From positions 1 through 64,000 of the forward strand of contig DXJF01000148.1 in the NCBI GenBank assembly GCA_019057375.1: a stretch of DNA of 64,000 bases. The letters run 5' to 3'. The notes below the pieces were generated by a model. It was not told the origin of the DNA and did not search any database. It worked only from the letters and a program-made list of their open reading frames with translations. Positions 30,484 to 39,964 of the stretch are shown one piece after another (positions within the stretch are counted from its first letter, which is position 1; each line of letters begins with the position of its first letter). The stretch is from Candidatus Heimdallarchaeota archaeon (lineage in GTDB: Archaea; Asgardarchaeota; Heimdallarchaeia; Heimdallarchaeales; Heimdallarchaeaceae). The position numbers and the translations under genes were made by a program.

Positions 30484-31203
30484 TTAAAGCTTTTTCGTAA
30501 GCTTTTCTACTTTTTCTTTTATCTCTTGAATTCTACTCCGAGAACCTGATAATTGATAATTTTGCAAAGCTTCAGCATAATATTTCAACGCCATCTCTGG
30601 TTTTTCGTCTTCTACAAAAAGGGCATTGTAGAACGCCAGATGAGCTTTTATAATCGGTTCTTCAGATCCTCTTTCTTCAATTAACTCTACTGCTTTTTTA
30701 AGATATAATTTTCTACCAGAAATATGCTTTTCTGCTGCAGCTCTAGATATGTATGATTTAGCTTTACAATCCATCTCATCGGCTTTGTTATCCAGTCTCT
30801 GATAGGAGATAGCAGCTTGTTCAAAATATGAGGCGGCATCTACAAACCTTCTTTCTTTCATCTGTTGTATCGCCATAACTCTAAGGATTTTAGCTTGCTG
30901 TTCAAAAACTCTTTGATATTCAGTAATCATACCTAATCTTTGGTAAAAACCACCAGAACGACCTAGATAATTAGCTGCTTCTAATGCTTTGTTATATTTT
31001 ATTGCACTCATTCCCAAGTATTCATTTTGTAGAGCTTTAGCCACGTCCATTTGCTTTCTATTATCTTCTTCTTTTAGAATTTCAATTGCAGACTCTGCAA
31101 ACTTAGCAGCTTCTTTGTAGTTCTTTTGCTGAGCTGCTAATCGTGCTTTTCCCAATTCTTCATTTGCTTTTTCTTTGGAAGATTTTCGAGTTCCTTTAAA
31201 CAA
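30484..31203 (-). CDS. TPR-like helical repeat protein (SNAP-like)
   Basis: Repeated 'AAxyfexA...Y' helices, e.g. AASYFEQAAISY, EAAKFAESAIEI. Confidence 0.7.
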   Translation of the reverse strand: MFKGTRKSSKEKANEELGKARLAAQQKNYKEAAKFAESAIEILKEEDNRKQMDVAKALQNEYLGMSAIKYNKALEAANYLGRSGGFYQRLGMITEYQRVFEQQAKILRVMAIQQMKERRFVDAASYFEQAAISYQRLDNKADEMDCKAKSYISRAAAEKHISGRKLYLKKAVELIEERGSEEPIIKAHLAFYNALFVEDEKPEMALKYYAEALQNYQLSGSRSRIQEIKEKVEKLTKKL

Positions 31204-31289
31204 TAAAGAACACCTCTCTTAGAAAGTTTTCAAGCTAGATTAAAATTATAACGTTTTTAAATTACTGTTGGTGACAATCGACAGCTGTT

Positions 31290-32048
31290 TTATCTAAAAA
31301 GACGTCGTTCATCGTTAAATTGAAGCTCTTCAACACCAGAAACTGGAGATCTGAACTGTATTCCTCTTATAATAACAACAGGAATCATCTCTCCTGCTTG
31401 TCCCATCACAAGTTCTGCAGCTGAACAAACTTCATCAGCTAAAGCCACTATTGTTGATGTAAGTTCATACCCAAAAATATCTTTTCTTCCTCTTGAATCA
31501 TCAATTACTGGAAAATTGTAAGAACCAATAGCCACATTGATAGCTCCACGTCTTAGTGCCCTTCCGTGTGTATCAGATACAATTACAGACACATCTTTCT
31601 TCAGAAAATTATTTAGGGTTTTGTTTATTGCCATTGCTGATTTGTTGGAATCATCGGGAAGAGTAACTGCACAATTAGGGCGGGCATTTGATTGATCAAC
31701 AGCAGAATTCGCACAAATCCAATTATGTTTTGTTTTAGTAATAATAATGTTATTTTTCACTTTAAGAATCTTCGACGCTTCACTAACAATTAACTGGACT
31801 AGAGCAGGATCCTTACCAGTTTTTCTTGCAATGTATTCTGCAAAAGGAGAAGAGGAAAGCTTCGGTAAGAAATATTCTTTACCTTCTGCTCTTGAGATGA
31901 TAGTATGGGCAATTACAAAAACATCTCCTTCATTTATGTCCAGTTTTTCTTTTTTGAGAGAACCAATAATTAGAGCACCTATATTATCGTCCTTAGCTAC
32001 TATTGGTAGTTTTAAAGGTATTAATTCTACTCTCGTTATTGCTCTCAC
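31290..32048 (-). CDS. cofE: Coenzyme F420-0:L-glutamate ligase
   Basis: GDVFVIAHTIISRAEG, ICANSAVDQSN, VIVSDTHGRALRRG, ALADEVCSAAELVMGQ..PVVIIRG. Confidence 0.93.
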   Translation of the reverse strand: MRAITRVELIPLKLPIVAKDDNIGALIIGSLKKEKLDINEGDVFVIAHTIISRAEGKEYFLPKLSSSPFAEYIARKTGKDPALVQLIVSEASKILKVKNNIIITKTKHNWICANSAVDQSNARPNCAVTLPDDSNKSAMAINKTLNNFLKKDVSVIVSDTHGRALRRGAINVAIGSYNFPVIDDSRGRKDIFGYELTSTIVALADEVCSAAELVMGQAGEMIPVVIIRGIQFRSPVSGVEELQFNDERRLFR

Positions 32049-32074
32049 CTATTGAAATAAGAGTAAGTGAAGGA

Positions 32075-33133
32075 TTAATTAGTTTCGATAGGAGGTAATG
32101 GTTTAGCTGTTTTCTTTTTAATTGATGACAATTTAAGAGCCGCAGCTAGAGTTTCAGACCACTTATCTTGTTCTATTTTTTCAACATCTAGAATATTTTC
32201 CTTAAGCGCTAAATCAAACAACTCTTTTCCTGCTTGAGTACGAATAATGATTATATTACTATTATCATCAACACCCACATTCCCTATGGAAATGTCTGCG
32301 AATTCAGCAGAAAAGTCTTTGCAATATTTACATCCTTCAGCTTTTGCTTCAGCACATTCTTTTATTTTTATATCAGTTGTTCCATCCGGACCCACAAAGA
32401 AAAATTTTCCTCGAGCACAATCTGTTTTACTAAGTTCTTCAGCACCTAAGCCAAGATTTTGAGTAATGATATTTCTGAAATTCCTTGGATTATAACTACT
32501 CATGCAAAAGAGACCGATTTTGTATTTTACTCTGTGATCAGCGCCTAAATTCTTCATGTCGATAACATTTGTTAATGTATCATTATGACAGGGTAATCCT
32601 ACAATAGCTACAGCTTCTTTTTGACTAAGTTTTATCGAAGTTAATTTTGTTAAAGCAGGATTTAATGTATACTTTGAACGTGCAGATTTTTTAATATCAA
32701 GCTCATTAAGTGCCAAAACTGGAACAGGGCCCAATAAATCAGCAATATGCCCTGTAACTAACGCACTATCGATATCTCCCTTGCTCATAGCGTTCAAGAG
32801 CAAAGTTGTAACTATACCACCGTTTTGCGCTCTTTCTCTGACATCCTCGAAGACTGAATGTCCTTTGTAAATTTCCATTATCTCCCCCAGACTTGTTTCA
32901 TCATGTTTAGGTTGTTCTTTTCGTTGTTTATATCGCAAACATATATCCACACAAGCACCACACGAAATACAGCCACCAACTAATTTTGGTATAAGTTCTT
33001 CAATTGAGATTACATACACAGGACAAACTGCTTCGCATCCACCACATGATACGCAATAACCTGGTTTGATTACTTCTCTATTCAACATAGTAAAATTGGC
33101 TCTTCTTTTCTTCTTTGGCTTTGATTCACTCAT
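32075..33133 (-). CDS. F420 hydrogenase/dehydrogenase beta-subunit (FrhB/FdhB/FpoF) family protein with N-terminal 2x[4Fe-4S]
   Basis: CVSCGGCEAVCP and CISCGACVDIC; AQNGGIVT, SKY, AIVGLPCH, IGLFCM, GCKYCKDF...ADISIGNVG. Confidence 0.88.
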   Translation of the reverse strand: MSESKPKKKRRANFTMLNREVIKPGYCVSCGGCEAVCPVYVISIEELIPKLVGGCISCGACVDICLRYKQRKEQPKHDETSLGEIMEIYKGHSVFEDVRERAQNGGIVTTLLLNAMSKGDIDSALVTGHIADLLGPVPVLALNELDIKKSARSKYTLNPALTKLTSIKLSQKEAVAIVGLPCHNDTLTNVIDMKNLGADHRVKYKIGLFCMSSYNPRNFRNIITQNLGLGAEELSKTDCARGKFFFVGPDGTTDIKIKECAEAKAEGCKYCKDFSAEFADISIGNVGVDDNSNIIIIRTQAGKELFDLALKENILDVEKIEQDKWSETLAAALKLSSIKKKTAKPLPPIETN

Positions 33134-33217
33134 TTTCAGTCAAAACCAAATTAGTAAATAAAAAAGCTAACGGTAGGGCATTGTCAAAATAATCAAAGTC
33201 GAGAAAGAAGAAATATT

Positions 33218-34378
33218 CTAGAGTTCTTCAATCTCTTCAAGAATATATCTTTCACTTCCAGTTTGTTGACTCTGAATTTCTAATTCTCTTTCGGAAACAA
33301 TTTCTCTTTCTATTCTGTCTAAAGCAACAGCAAATGCTCCAAAAACACCATAACCATCAGAACGAGAAACATAGGTTTTTCCTTTATTTGTAGAAATTCT
33401 CACTCTCAATTGATAAAGAATAGAACCACGAAACTTTCTTTTAGGGATTGCCTTTGCATGGATATACATTTGTCCAGATGTACCAATTATGTCTGAATAT
33501 TTCTTTACTATTTCAATTCCCATTTCAATAACATCTTCCATGTCTGAATCCTCAACATCTCCAAGAACTCTTAAATAATAACCCTCAGTTTCTGGTGGCA
33601 TTGAAACAGTTTCAAGTAAGTCTGTTGTAGTGATTATTCCTACAGGATGATTTTCCTTATCAATAACTATCAATGCTTTATGATCTGCTTTTTCAAGCTT
33701 AACTATAGCTTCTATTAAGAAGTCATTTTCAGTGCAAGTTGCAACTTCTTGAGTCATCAACTCCTCAACAGTTACTGAGAGTACATCTAGCTGTCCTGCT
33801 TTTCTATTTCCTCGTGTTTGTCTTAGAGATTCTGATAAAATTAAATCAGTAGTATCATGTGGACTCATTATACCAACAAGCTCATTCGATTCATTAACAA
33901 CTGGTGTTCTAGAGATGTTGTTAGTTCTGCAAATGGCAATAAATTTAGCAACTGAAGTGTCTTTGGTAACTACAATAGGATTTTGAGTCATCACCTCTTT
34001 CACCTTCTTACTGCCAAAAATATCTTCTGAATTTCTTAACAAATCAATATCACGAATAACTCCAATAATATGTCCATCATCCACTACAGGAACGGAAAAA
34101 ATCTTTTCAGATAAAAGTGCTCTTGCAATCACATCAGGAGTAGAGTCTTTACTAACTGTAGGCACACGTTTAATTAAACTTGATACTTTTGTATTAGGTT
34201 GAACTTTTGATTGATGTGTAACATATCGTTTAGTTAAATAACCAAGAAACACGTCTTTTTCCTCAAAAACCAATATCTCTCTTGTTTTTTCCTTAAACAT
34301 AGAAGCAACATTTGATAACGGTTCAGTACCATCAACTGAAACAAACTCTGTTATAATAGAAGAATCTTTGTTATTCAT
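33218..34378 (-). CDS. 4xCBS domain protein with C-terminal HPF/RaiA-like domain (Hib-type ribosome hibernation factor candidate)
   Basis: Four CBS repeats (VPVVDDGHIIGVI, TPVVNESNELVGIM, LIVIDKENHPVGII); C-terminus 'YQLRVRIST..GKTYVSRSDGYGVFGAFAVALDRIEREI'. Confidence 0.7.
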   Translation of the reverse strand: MNNKDSSIITEFVSVDGTEPLSNVASMFKEKTREILVFEEKDVFLGYLTKRYVTHQSKVQPNTKVSSLIKRVPTVSKDSTPDVIARALLSEKIFSVPVVDDGHIIGVIRDIDLLRNSEDIFGSKKVKEVMTQNPIVVTKDTSVAKFIAICRTNNISRTPVVNESNELVGIMSPHDTTDLILSESLRQTRGNRKAGQLDVLSVTVEELMTQEVATCTENDFLIEAIVKLEKADHKALIVIDKENHPVGIITTTDLLETVSMPPETEGYYLRVLGDVEDSDMEDVIEMGIEIVKKYSDIIGTSGQMYIHAKAIPKRKFRGSILYQLRVRISTNKGKTYVSRSDGYGVFGAFAVALDRIEREIVSERELEIQSQQTGSERYILEEIEEL

Positions 34379-34458
34379 GCTAGCAAGTCATCAATTAATC
34401 TTTATAAAATTATAGTTTTGTGGAGATTCAAAAACAGATTTTATACTGATTCAATAAA

Positions 34459-34826
34459 TTAAAGCGAATATTCCTTTCTGAATTTTAACATACTATCGCC
34501 ATATTGATGAGATAGCCTACTTGCATGATGAAATAACTTGTCTACATTAAAACCAGAAAGAGCCGAAGACTCAACATAATCAAACTTATGTAATTTGGTA
34601 TAATCTAACATTACTTCTTTCTCAATAGATCTAGCTTCATTTAAGTCAAATTTATTTCCACAAACTACAATAGGTATATCAGGACATTTCGAGACAACTT
34701 CATTTACCCAGATTTCTATCTCATCAGAAGAGCTTTGATTGGTGATATCATAGACAATAACGGCACAAGTGGCACCGGAGTAGTATTTAGGACGGAGATA
34801 AGTAAACATCTCTTGTCCACCTGTAT
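34459..34826 (-). pseudogene. 3' fragment of a Rab-like small GTPase gene (lacks G1, G2 and the Asp of G3)
   Basis: Reads TGGQEMF...GNKFD...ESSA...KEYSL and is collinear with the C-terminal 121 aa of 43914..44501; the upstream in-frame sequence is unrelated to GTPases. Confidence 0.85.
34459..34826 (+). repeat. Direct repeat copy 1 (368 bp; GTPase 3' end)
   Basis: Aligns without gaps to 43914..44281; similarity stops abruptly after CCTGTAT. Confidence 0.85.
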
Positions 34827-34885
34827 ATTTCAATACATCTTGAAGTCGAGAAACAGTTAAAGGGGCATATACAAAATATCGATTT

Positions 34886-35794
34886 TCAGTCTGAATTGTA
34901 TTTTTTATTGTTTTTTTCCTTTTTTAATAAATGCAAAACAATCATAACAGAAATAGGAAAGATTATCCATATAATCTCAAAACTATTTATTACTATTTCA
35001 TCTTTCTCATATAGTTCAGTATTCGATGGTTCAGATACATATATTTCTTCATCATAATCAACTATCACGAGTGAATAGTATTGCCCCACAGAAAAGTTTG
35101 TAATGTTGATTTTTCCAGAAGACCAAGTATAGTAAAAACCTATAAATCCTGTTTGTTCTAATACAAGAGTTTTAACAATGTCATTTGTTGAATTAAGAAT
35201 ATTTGCACATACTTCACTATTCAGTAATAAGATATAATCACGAAGATCATGTGGATCAGTAGAAATAGAGCAATAATTAGATAGAGTGTTGTTTTCACTA
35301 TTTATAATTAAACTATTATAGCCAAAGACAATACTGAATGGTACTTTGTAGGAAAAAATAGTGTTATTATAGTAATAATTCTCAGTTGTAACAGTTAGAT
35401 TGACAAAGTATCTTCTAGGGCTGAAATAATAAACATAAATAACCGTTTCCCAACAATGGCTAACATTATTGTATGTAACAGAATAGGATTCAGAAAAATT
35501 AGCATTATTAATAATTTCAATTGTCACATTATCCTCTGCATCACCCTGTGAGATGTCTGTACCATTTGCAAATGTAATAGTTAGATTACTTATTGATAGA
35601 TGCGAAGCATTATAATCGATAAGTGGCTCGTTTATCAATAGTAGAAAGGAATCATAATCTGTTAAAGTCATTTGATTTTTATTATTATCTCTGTCTTTAC
35701 TCACACAGAAACTAGAATTTTCTCTTTCTAGAGTCATCACTAATGCATCATACTGAAGAGAAGTGAAATACGAAAAACTAACTATGAGTACCAC
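34886..35794 (-). CDS. Surface glycoprotein paralogue A1 (two beta domains, C-terminal TM anchor)
   Basis: 'INEPLIDYNASHLSISNLTITFANGT..GDAEDNVT' shared with 36114 and 39951; many NxS/T; C-terminal TM then a basic tail. The frame is open upstream to an ATA at 35839. Confidence 0.75.
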   Translation of the reverse strand: MVLIVSFSYFTSLQYDALVMTLERENSSFCVSKDRDNNKNQMTLTDYDSFLLLINEPLIDYNASHLSISNLTITFANGTDISQGDAEDNVTIEIINNANFSESYSVTYNNVSHCWETVIYVYYFSPRRYFVNLTVTTENYYYNNTIFSYKVPFSIVFGYNSLIINSENNTLSNYCSISTDPHDLRDYILLLNSEVCANILNSTNDIVKTLVLEQTGFIGFYYTWSSGKINITNFSVGQYYSLVIVDYDEEIYVSEPSNTELYEKDEIVINSFEIIWIIFPISVMIVLHLLKKEKNNKKYNSD

Positions 35795-36113
35795 AATTAG
35801 TATGAAGATAGTGAATGTGTATATTATCTTTCTTTCTATAGTATTTCACCTTCTTTCTTTCGATTTTCTTCATGATTTTAACTTGATATTAAAGTGACAA
35901 ACATCACTTCATTATGGTATAAAATTATCGGTAATGTATAAGTATGTTTCATATATCAGTTATTTCCCCTGCAACTCAATAACTAAAATATCTTCAAATT
36001 CCTGTACAAACTGTAGTTTGATTTTAGCAAAGTGTTTTTTTATTTTTTTATACTGTTACATTTCAGAATCTGTTTGATTAATACTCAAATAAAATTCAAA
36101 AAAGTTGTCTAAT

Positions 36114-37091
36114 CTATTGCTTATACTTTTTCTTCCTTAACAGATGCACGAAACTTATAAGACTGACTGAAATGATAATCAACGCTGTCTTATCCCCACT
36201 CGTTGTTGGTGTTTCTGTAGGTTGGTCAGGCATATAAAAGACTCTATTTGAAGGAGGAGATATGAACAATTCTTCCTCATAAACAACAAATCCTACCGCA
36301 TAGTATTGGCCAGTTTCCAAATCATCAACATTGAGATCTGAAGTCCAACGGTACCACCAAAAACTAAATCCTCCCCAAGTTAGTATGACTGTTTTGACAT
36401 TATAATCAAAAGAATTGAAAATACACCCATAGATAGTACTATTAAACAAAACATAATCAAGATAAATAGTTGGATTTATAGTAATAGAAATAGATATGTG
36501 CATTATTTGACTCTCATTACTTAAACCAAGTAGAGGTATTCTAAAATGGATACTGAAACCTATTTCAAATGAGTCAATAGTATTATTATAATAATACAAT
36601 CCTGTTGATACGATTAAACCGATATAATATATCCCTGGATATTCATAATAAAAAATAAATATGTCCTTTCCCCAGCCATTAAATCGATTCAAGTCGTAAT
36701 CCATTGTATAATTGCTTGAAAAACCCTTATCATTGAAAATTACTAATGTTACATTATCTTCTGCACTTGCATCAGTTATCGCTGTATCATTAGAGAAAGT
36801 AATATTCAGATTCATCACTGTTAAATAAGTAGCATTCTGCGATATTACTGGAGTATTTATTATTAATTGAAAATCATCAGTTAGTTCATTTGTCAAAGAT
36901 TTTTCATCTGTTTTGACTTTTCCAGAAGAACTTGAATGGTTCAAAGTTCTCAGTTGGTAGATATTTGAAGCTTCTTGCTTTAAAATAAAGGAAGAAGAAC
37001 AAATCATAAAGATAGTTAACACTATTATTGAAATTGAAATTATTCTGTTTTTTCTTCTCATGTGGATGTTCTCCTTATTTTGTTTTAACAT
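36114..37091 (-). CDS. Surface glycoprotein paralogue A2
   Basis: 'INTPVISQNATYLTVMNLNITFSNDT..ASAEDNVT'; signal MRRKNRIISIS (likely start 37061); PTETPTT linker, TM and RKKK tail. Confidence 0.8.
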   Translation of the reverse strand: MLKQNKENIHMRRKNRIISISIIVLTIFMICSSSFILKQEASNIYQLRTLNHSSSSGKVKTDEKSLTNELTDDFQLIINTPVISQNATYLTVMNLNITFSNDTAITDASAEDNVTLVIFNDKGFSSNYTMDYDLNRFNGWGKDIFIFYYEYPGIYYIGLIVSTGLYYYNNTIDSFEIGFSIHFRIPLLGLSNESQIMHISISITINPTIYLDYVLFNSTIYGCIFNSFDYNVKTVILTWGGFSFWWYRWTSDLNVDDLETGQYYAVGFVVYEEELFISPPSNRVFYMPDQPTETPTTSGDKTALIIISVSLISFVHLLRKKKYKQ

Positions 37092-37129
37092 TCCTTCTTC
37101 TACACAAATTATCTATGAATTTGAATTAA

Positions 37130-38698
37130 TTAGGGCATAATGTTATCTTTTATATATAAATAGGTTTCATAGGAATCGATTATTCCCCAAGCTATTCTAT
37201 AATTGCCAGGATAATAACCAAAGTTAGTAGATTCGTCATAAGGATCCAAGGATTCGTATGCCCCTCCACTTTCTGTACCATAATTCTTGGGAGAATCACC
37301 TTCTGCATCACCAGTATATTTCAATACCTCTTGAAGTTGAGAAATAGTTAAAGGATCATAGTATTGTTTCAAGATAGCAGTAATCCCAGAAACAAAAGTG
37401 GCAGCATTACATGTACCAGCGATTTCATAAATATCTGTATCTGGTTCCCAAGGAATAGTAGTATAATAATCGATACCCGCTATATCAATACCATATCCAT
37501 TGCAAGCTCCATCATCACCTGTTCTTAATTTCCAAGAAGAATCACCATTATCTCTATCATAGACTCCTGTAACTCCTATAACTGTAGATAGAGACGCTGG
37601 AAAACAAGCATTACTTTCTTGAGAAAATGTCTTTGCTTGATTAGTTGAAGGAGCAACAGTGATTACTTTTTGATTCAATCCACCACCGTTGGCGATATCG
37701 TCAAACCAAGTTTCGTAGTCATCAAAATTATATGTAGTACCCCAAAACCAGGAATAAATACTACCTAAGTATCTATCTATGTCACTCTTGAAGTCCCCCC
37801 AAAATAAACTGATTACTTCTATACTATAATCTATGTGAATATCATTTTCAGAAATCCATCTTATTGCAGCTAATTCTTTCAAAGGATTCCCTCGGTGCTC
37901 AACAAACATATACTTTGCATGAGGAGCAATTTGAACTAAAACACTTAAAACTTTTGTACCGTGCATATGATCAATGTTTCCAGCATTTTTAGGTCTATAC
38001 GGATCCTCTTCATTTCTAATCGCATCCCATTTTGCAGATGCACTTAGCTGATCCCAATTGGAAGTAAGTTTCTTAAAACTTGGATTATCTCCTTCCGAGT
38101 CTCTATCAAATATGAAGTAATCTACATCTCTGATAACATTAGAATATTCCTTATAGATGGACGGGTGATAGTTGGAGTTAATGACGTCATTATACCCTAG
38201 ACCATCAACCATCACGCAAATAGTCACTCCTTGTCCAGCTTTACCAAGATCATGCAGTTTATCGATTCTCAGGTCATTTATGTCATCTTGATCAGTTGCT
38301 GAGTAGGTATAAAAGGTTCTGAAGGTGTTGTATTGGTCATAATCAAAAGGACGAGCACGAAAACAATTAACTTCTATTTTTAATGTATGTATTTTCGAAG
38401 CTAAACCATGGATATTGACATTGACAAATGATTGGGAATACATGCCTTTATACAGCCCATCAATAAAAATCCTCGAAGATTCTAGTAACCAACCAGAACG
38501 TACTACTACTCGATAATGAATGTTCACACTTTCCCAATAAGGATATCTTTCATAGGCTGTAGGGGAATAGATAATAACGTACCCACTATCAGCAGCTTCT
38601 GCATGTTGAAGAAATGTTGTTGGATACACAATAATTATTAAACTCACCAGAACAACCACAAGCAGTTTTCTGGTCTTTTTCGACAATGAAATGTTCAT
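37130..38698 (-). CDS. Secreted subtilase (S8)-fold protein with Cys at the catalytic Ser position
   Basis: Signal peptide; GQGVTICVMVDG (Asp), HGTKV (His), IDIAG, AGTCNAATFVSG (GTSxAxPxVxG equivalent), ILKQ. Confidence 0.75.
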   Translation of the reverse strand: MNISLSKKTRKLLVVVLVSLIIIVYPTTFLQHAEAADSGYVIIYSPTAYERYPYWESVNIHYRVVVRSGWLLESSRIFIDGLYKGMYSQSFVNVNIHGLASKIHTLKIEVNCFRARPFDYDQYNTFRTFYTYSATDQDDINDLRIDKLHDLGKAGQGVTICVMVDGLGYNDVINSNYHPSIYKEYSNVIRDVDYFIFDRDSEGDNPSFKKLTSNWDQLSASAKWDAIRNEEDPYRPKNAGNIDHMHGTKVLSVLVQIAPHAKYMFVEHRGNPLKELAAIRWISENDIHIDYSIEVISLFWGDFKSDIDRYLGSIYSWFWGTTYNFDDYETWFDDIANGGGLNQKVITVAPSTNQAKTFSQESNACFPASLSTVIGVTGVYDRDNGDSSWKLRTGDDGACNGYGIDIAGIDYYTTIPWEPDTDIYEIAGTCNAATFVSGITAILKQYYDPLTISQLQEVLKYTGDAEGDSPKNYGTESGGAYESLDPYDESTNFGYYPGNYRIAWGIIDSYETYLYIKDNIMP

Positions 38699-38966
38699 TA
38701 TTTTAACAACCTCCTATCGTTAAATTAATATCAAACAGAAGCTTACTTAAACAGATATAAAAGGATTTCTCAGAATTTTAAAGATGTTAACTAAACCCAA
38801 CTTGGTAACATATTATCAAGAAACTTGCAATGAAATTGTGCAATCTTTTCATGTATGAGATATCTTATACAAAATCTTGAAATCCTTAATGAAAGATCAA
38901 TTTATCTCTACAAAATCAAATATTCGCTTACGATGTATATTAAAACTGAATATACTAAAAAAAAAA

Positions 38967-39338
38967 TTAGTTATTTGCTAGTCTTTCTCGAATTTCTCAA
39001 GGTGTCATTCTCCCCATACTACTTCCTGTTCTAATAGGATAATAGTGATTTGTTCTTTAAGGAGAATAAGCGTATAATCTGCCTTCTTAAACTAGAGCTT
39101 CAATTACGAAAATCTTAAGTTTAAGTTTATCTGCCAAGGGACAAAACTCCTTTGATATCATTCGTAATTTAGGATTATATTTTTCATCCAAATGCTTTTG
39201 GATAGTATCTCTCAGTTCTTCAAGTTTAGTTTTTCTTACTCCTTTTATTTCTAAATCATCGCTGATTCCTAATATTATCATACCAGCTTTCTGATTATTT
39301 TTCATTCCAACTAGTTGTATCGATATTTTTTTCCACAA
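38967..39338 (-). pseudogene. AlbA_2/Schlafen-like domain remnant
   Basis: 'AGMIILGISDDLEIKGV'. Reading through in-frame stops at 39087, 39057 and 38997 gives V*EGRLYAYSP*RTNHYYPIRTGSSMGRMTP*EIRERL, resembling the AlbA_2 C-terminus; N-terminus missing. Confidence 0.6.
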
Positions 39339-39964
39339 TTAGGACAGAATTTAGAATCAGGTTCAGGTTGAAAATCACATTCTTGACAGAGAGGGGGAAG
39401 TTTGGGAAGATTACGTTTTTTGAGATAACGAGTGAAAAGGAAATAAGCGAGAACAGAAGAACTAAGGACAATAACGGGAAGAAAAACATAATTGTAACGA
39501 TTAAAGAGATTGTTAGGACGAACAGTAAAATAATTCATCCAATCAGAGTAGATATGATAACCAGGTTCATTCCACTCGATATAAGCTTCAAGACGAGAAT
39601 TACCCCATTTTTTGTCATAATAAAGTATACTTGGAGTGTTCCAAGAAGACAAACTCACAGTATTAAGATAAACAATAGAAAGAGTGCTATGAGTATCAGG
39701 GCTTTTCGAAAAACGAACTTTGACAACAATATCGGTAATAGAAATAATATGAGGGTTTATGCTAAGAAGCTTAACAGTAATATTCATAGAAATGAAGTTA
39801 GTATTAAGAAGAAGAGAGTTGAGAGAGAGGGAAAGTTCTAGAGAAGTACCACTGGGGTAAGTAATTGTAAAAGAACGCTCATGAAGAGCAGAAGAAGGAG
39901 AAGAGATAAGAGGAAAACAGAAGAAAGTAAGAATCAAAAGAATGATGAGTTTATTGTTTTTCAT
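39311..39964 (-). CDS. Membrane protein with extracellular beta domain and C-terminal zinc ribbon
   Basis: Signal-like N-terminus, TM near aa 160-180, CQECD...FCPNCG. Confidence 0.75.
   Translation of the reverse strand: MKNNKLIILLILTFFCFPLISSPSSALHERSFTITYPSGTSLELSLSLNSLLLNTNFISMNITVKLLSINPHIISITDIVVKVRFSKSPDTHSTLSIVYLNTVSLSSWNTPSILYYDKKWGNSRLEAYIEWNEPGYHIYSDWMNYFTVRPNNLFNRYNYVFLPVIVLSSSVLAYFLFTRYLKKRNLPKLPPLCQECDFQPEPDSKFCPNCGKKYRYN

Noticed and set aside
34459-34833. 124-aa ORF as a functional mini-GTPase
   Set aside because: It lacks the P-loop, switch I and the G3 Asp, so it cannot bind GTP; the TTG start lies outside the homologous segment.
38967-39089. Stop-codon recoding (Sec/Pyl or an alternative code) in the AlbA_2 remnant
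   Set aside because: Two of the three stops are TAA, the 5' end is truncated, and all other genes use standard stops; decay is the simpler explanation.
39368-39841. 157-aa plus-strand ORF
   Set aside because: Fully antisense to the zinc-ribbon membrane gene; explained by the local purine skew; low-complexity I/N/K/R content.
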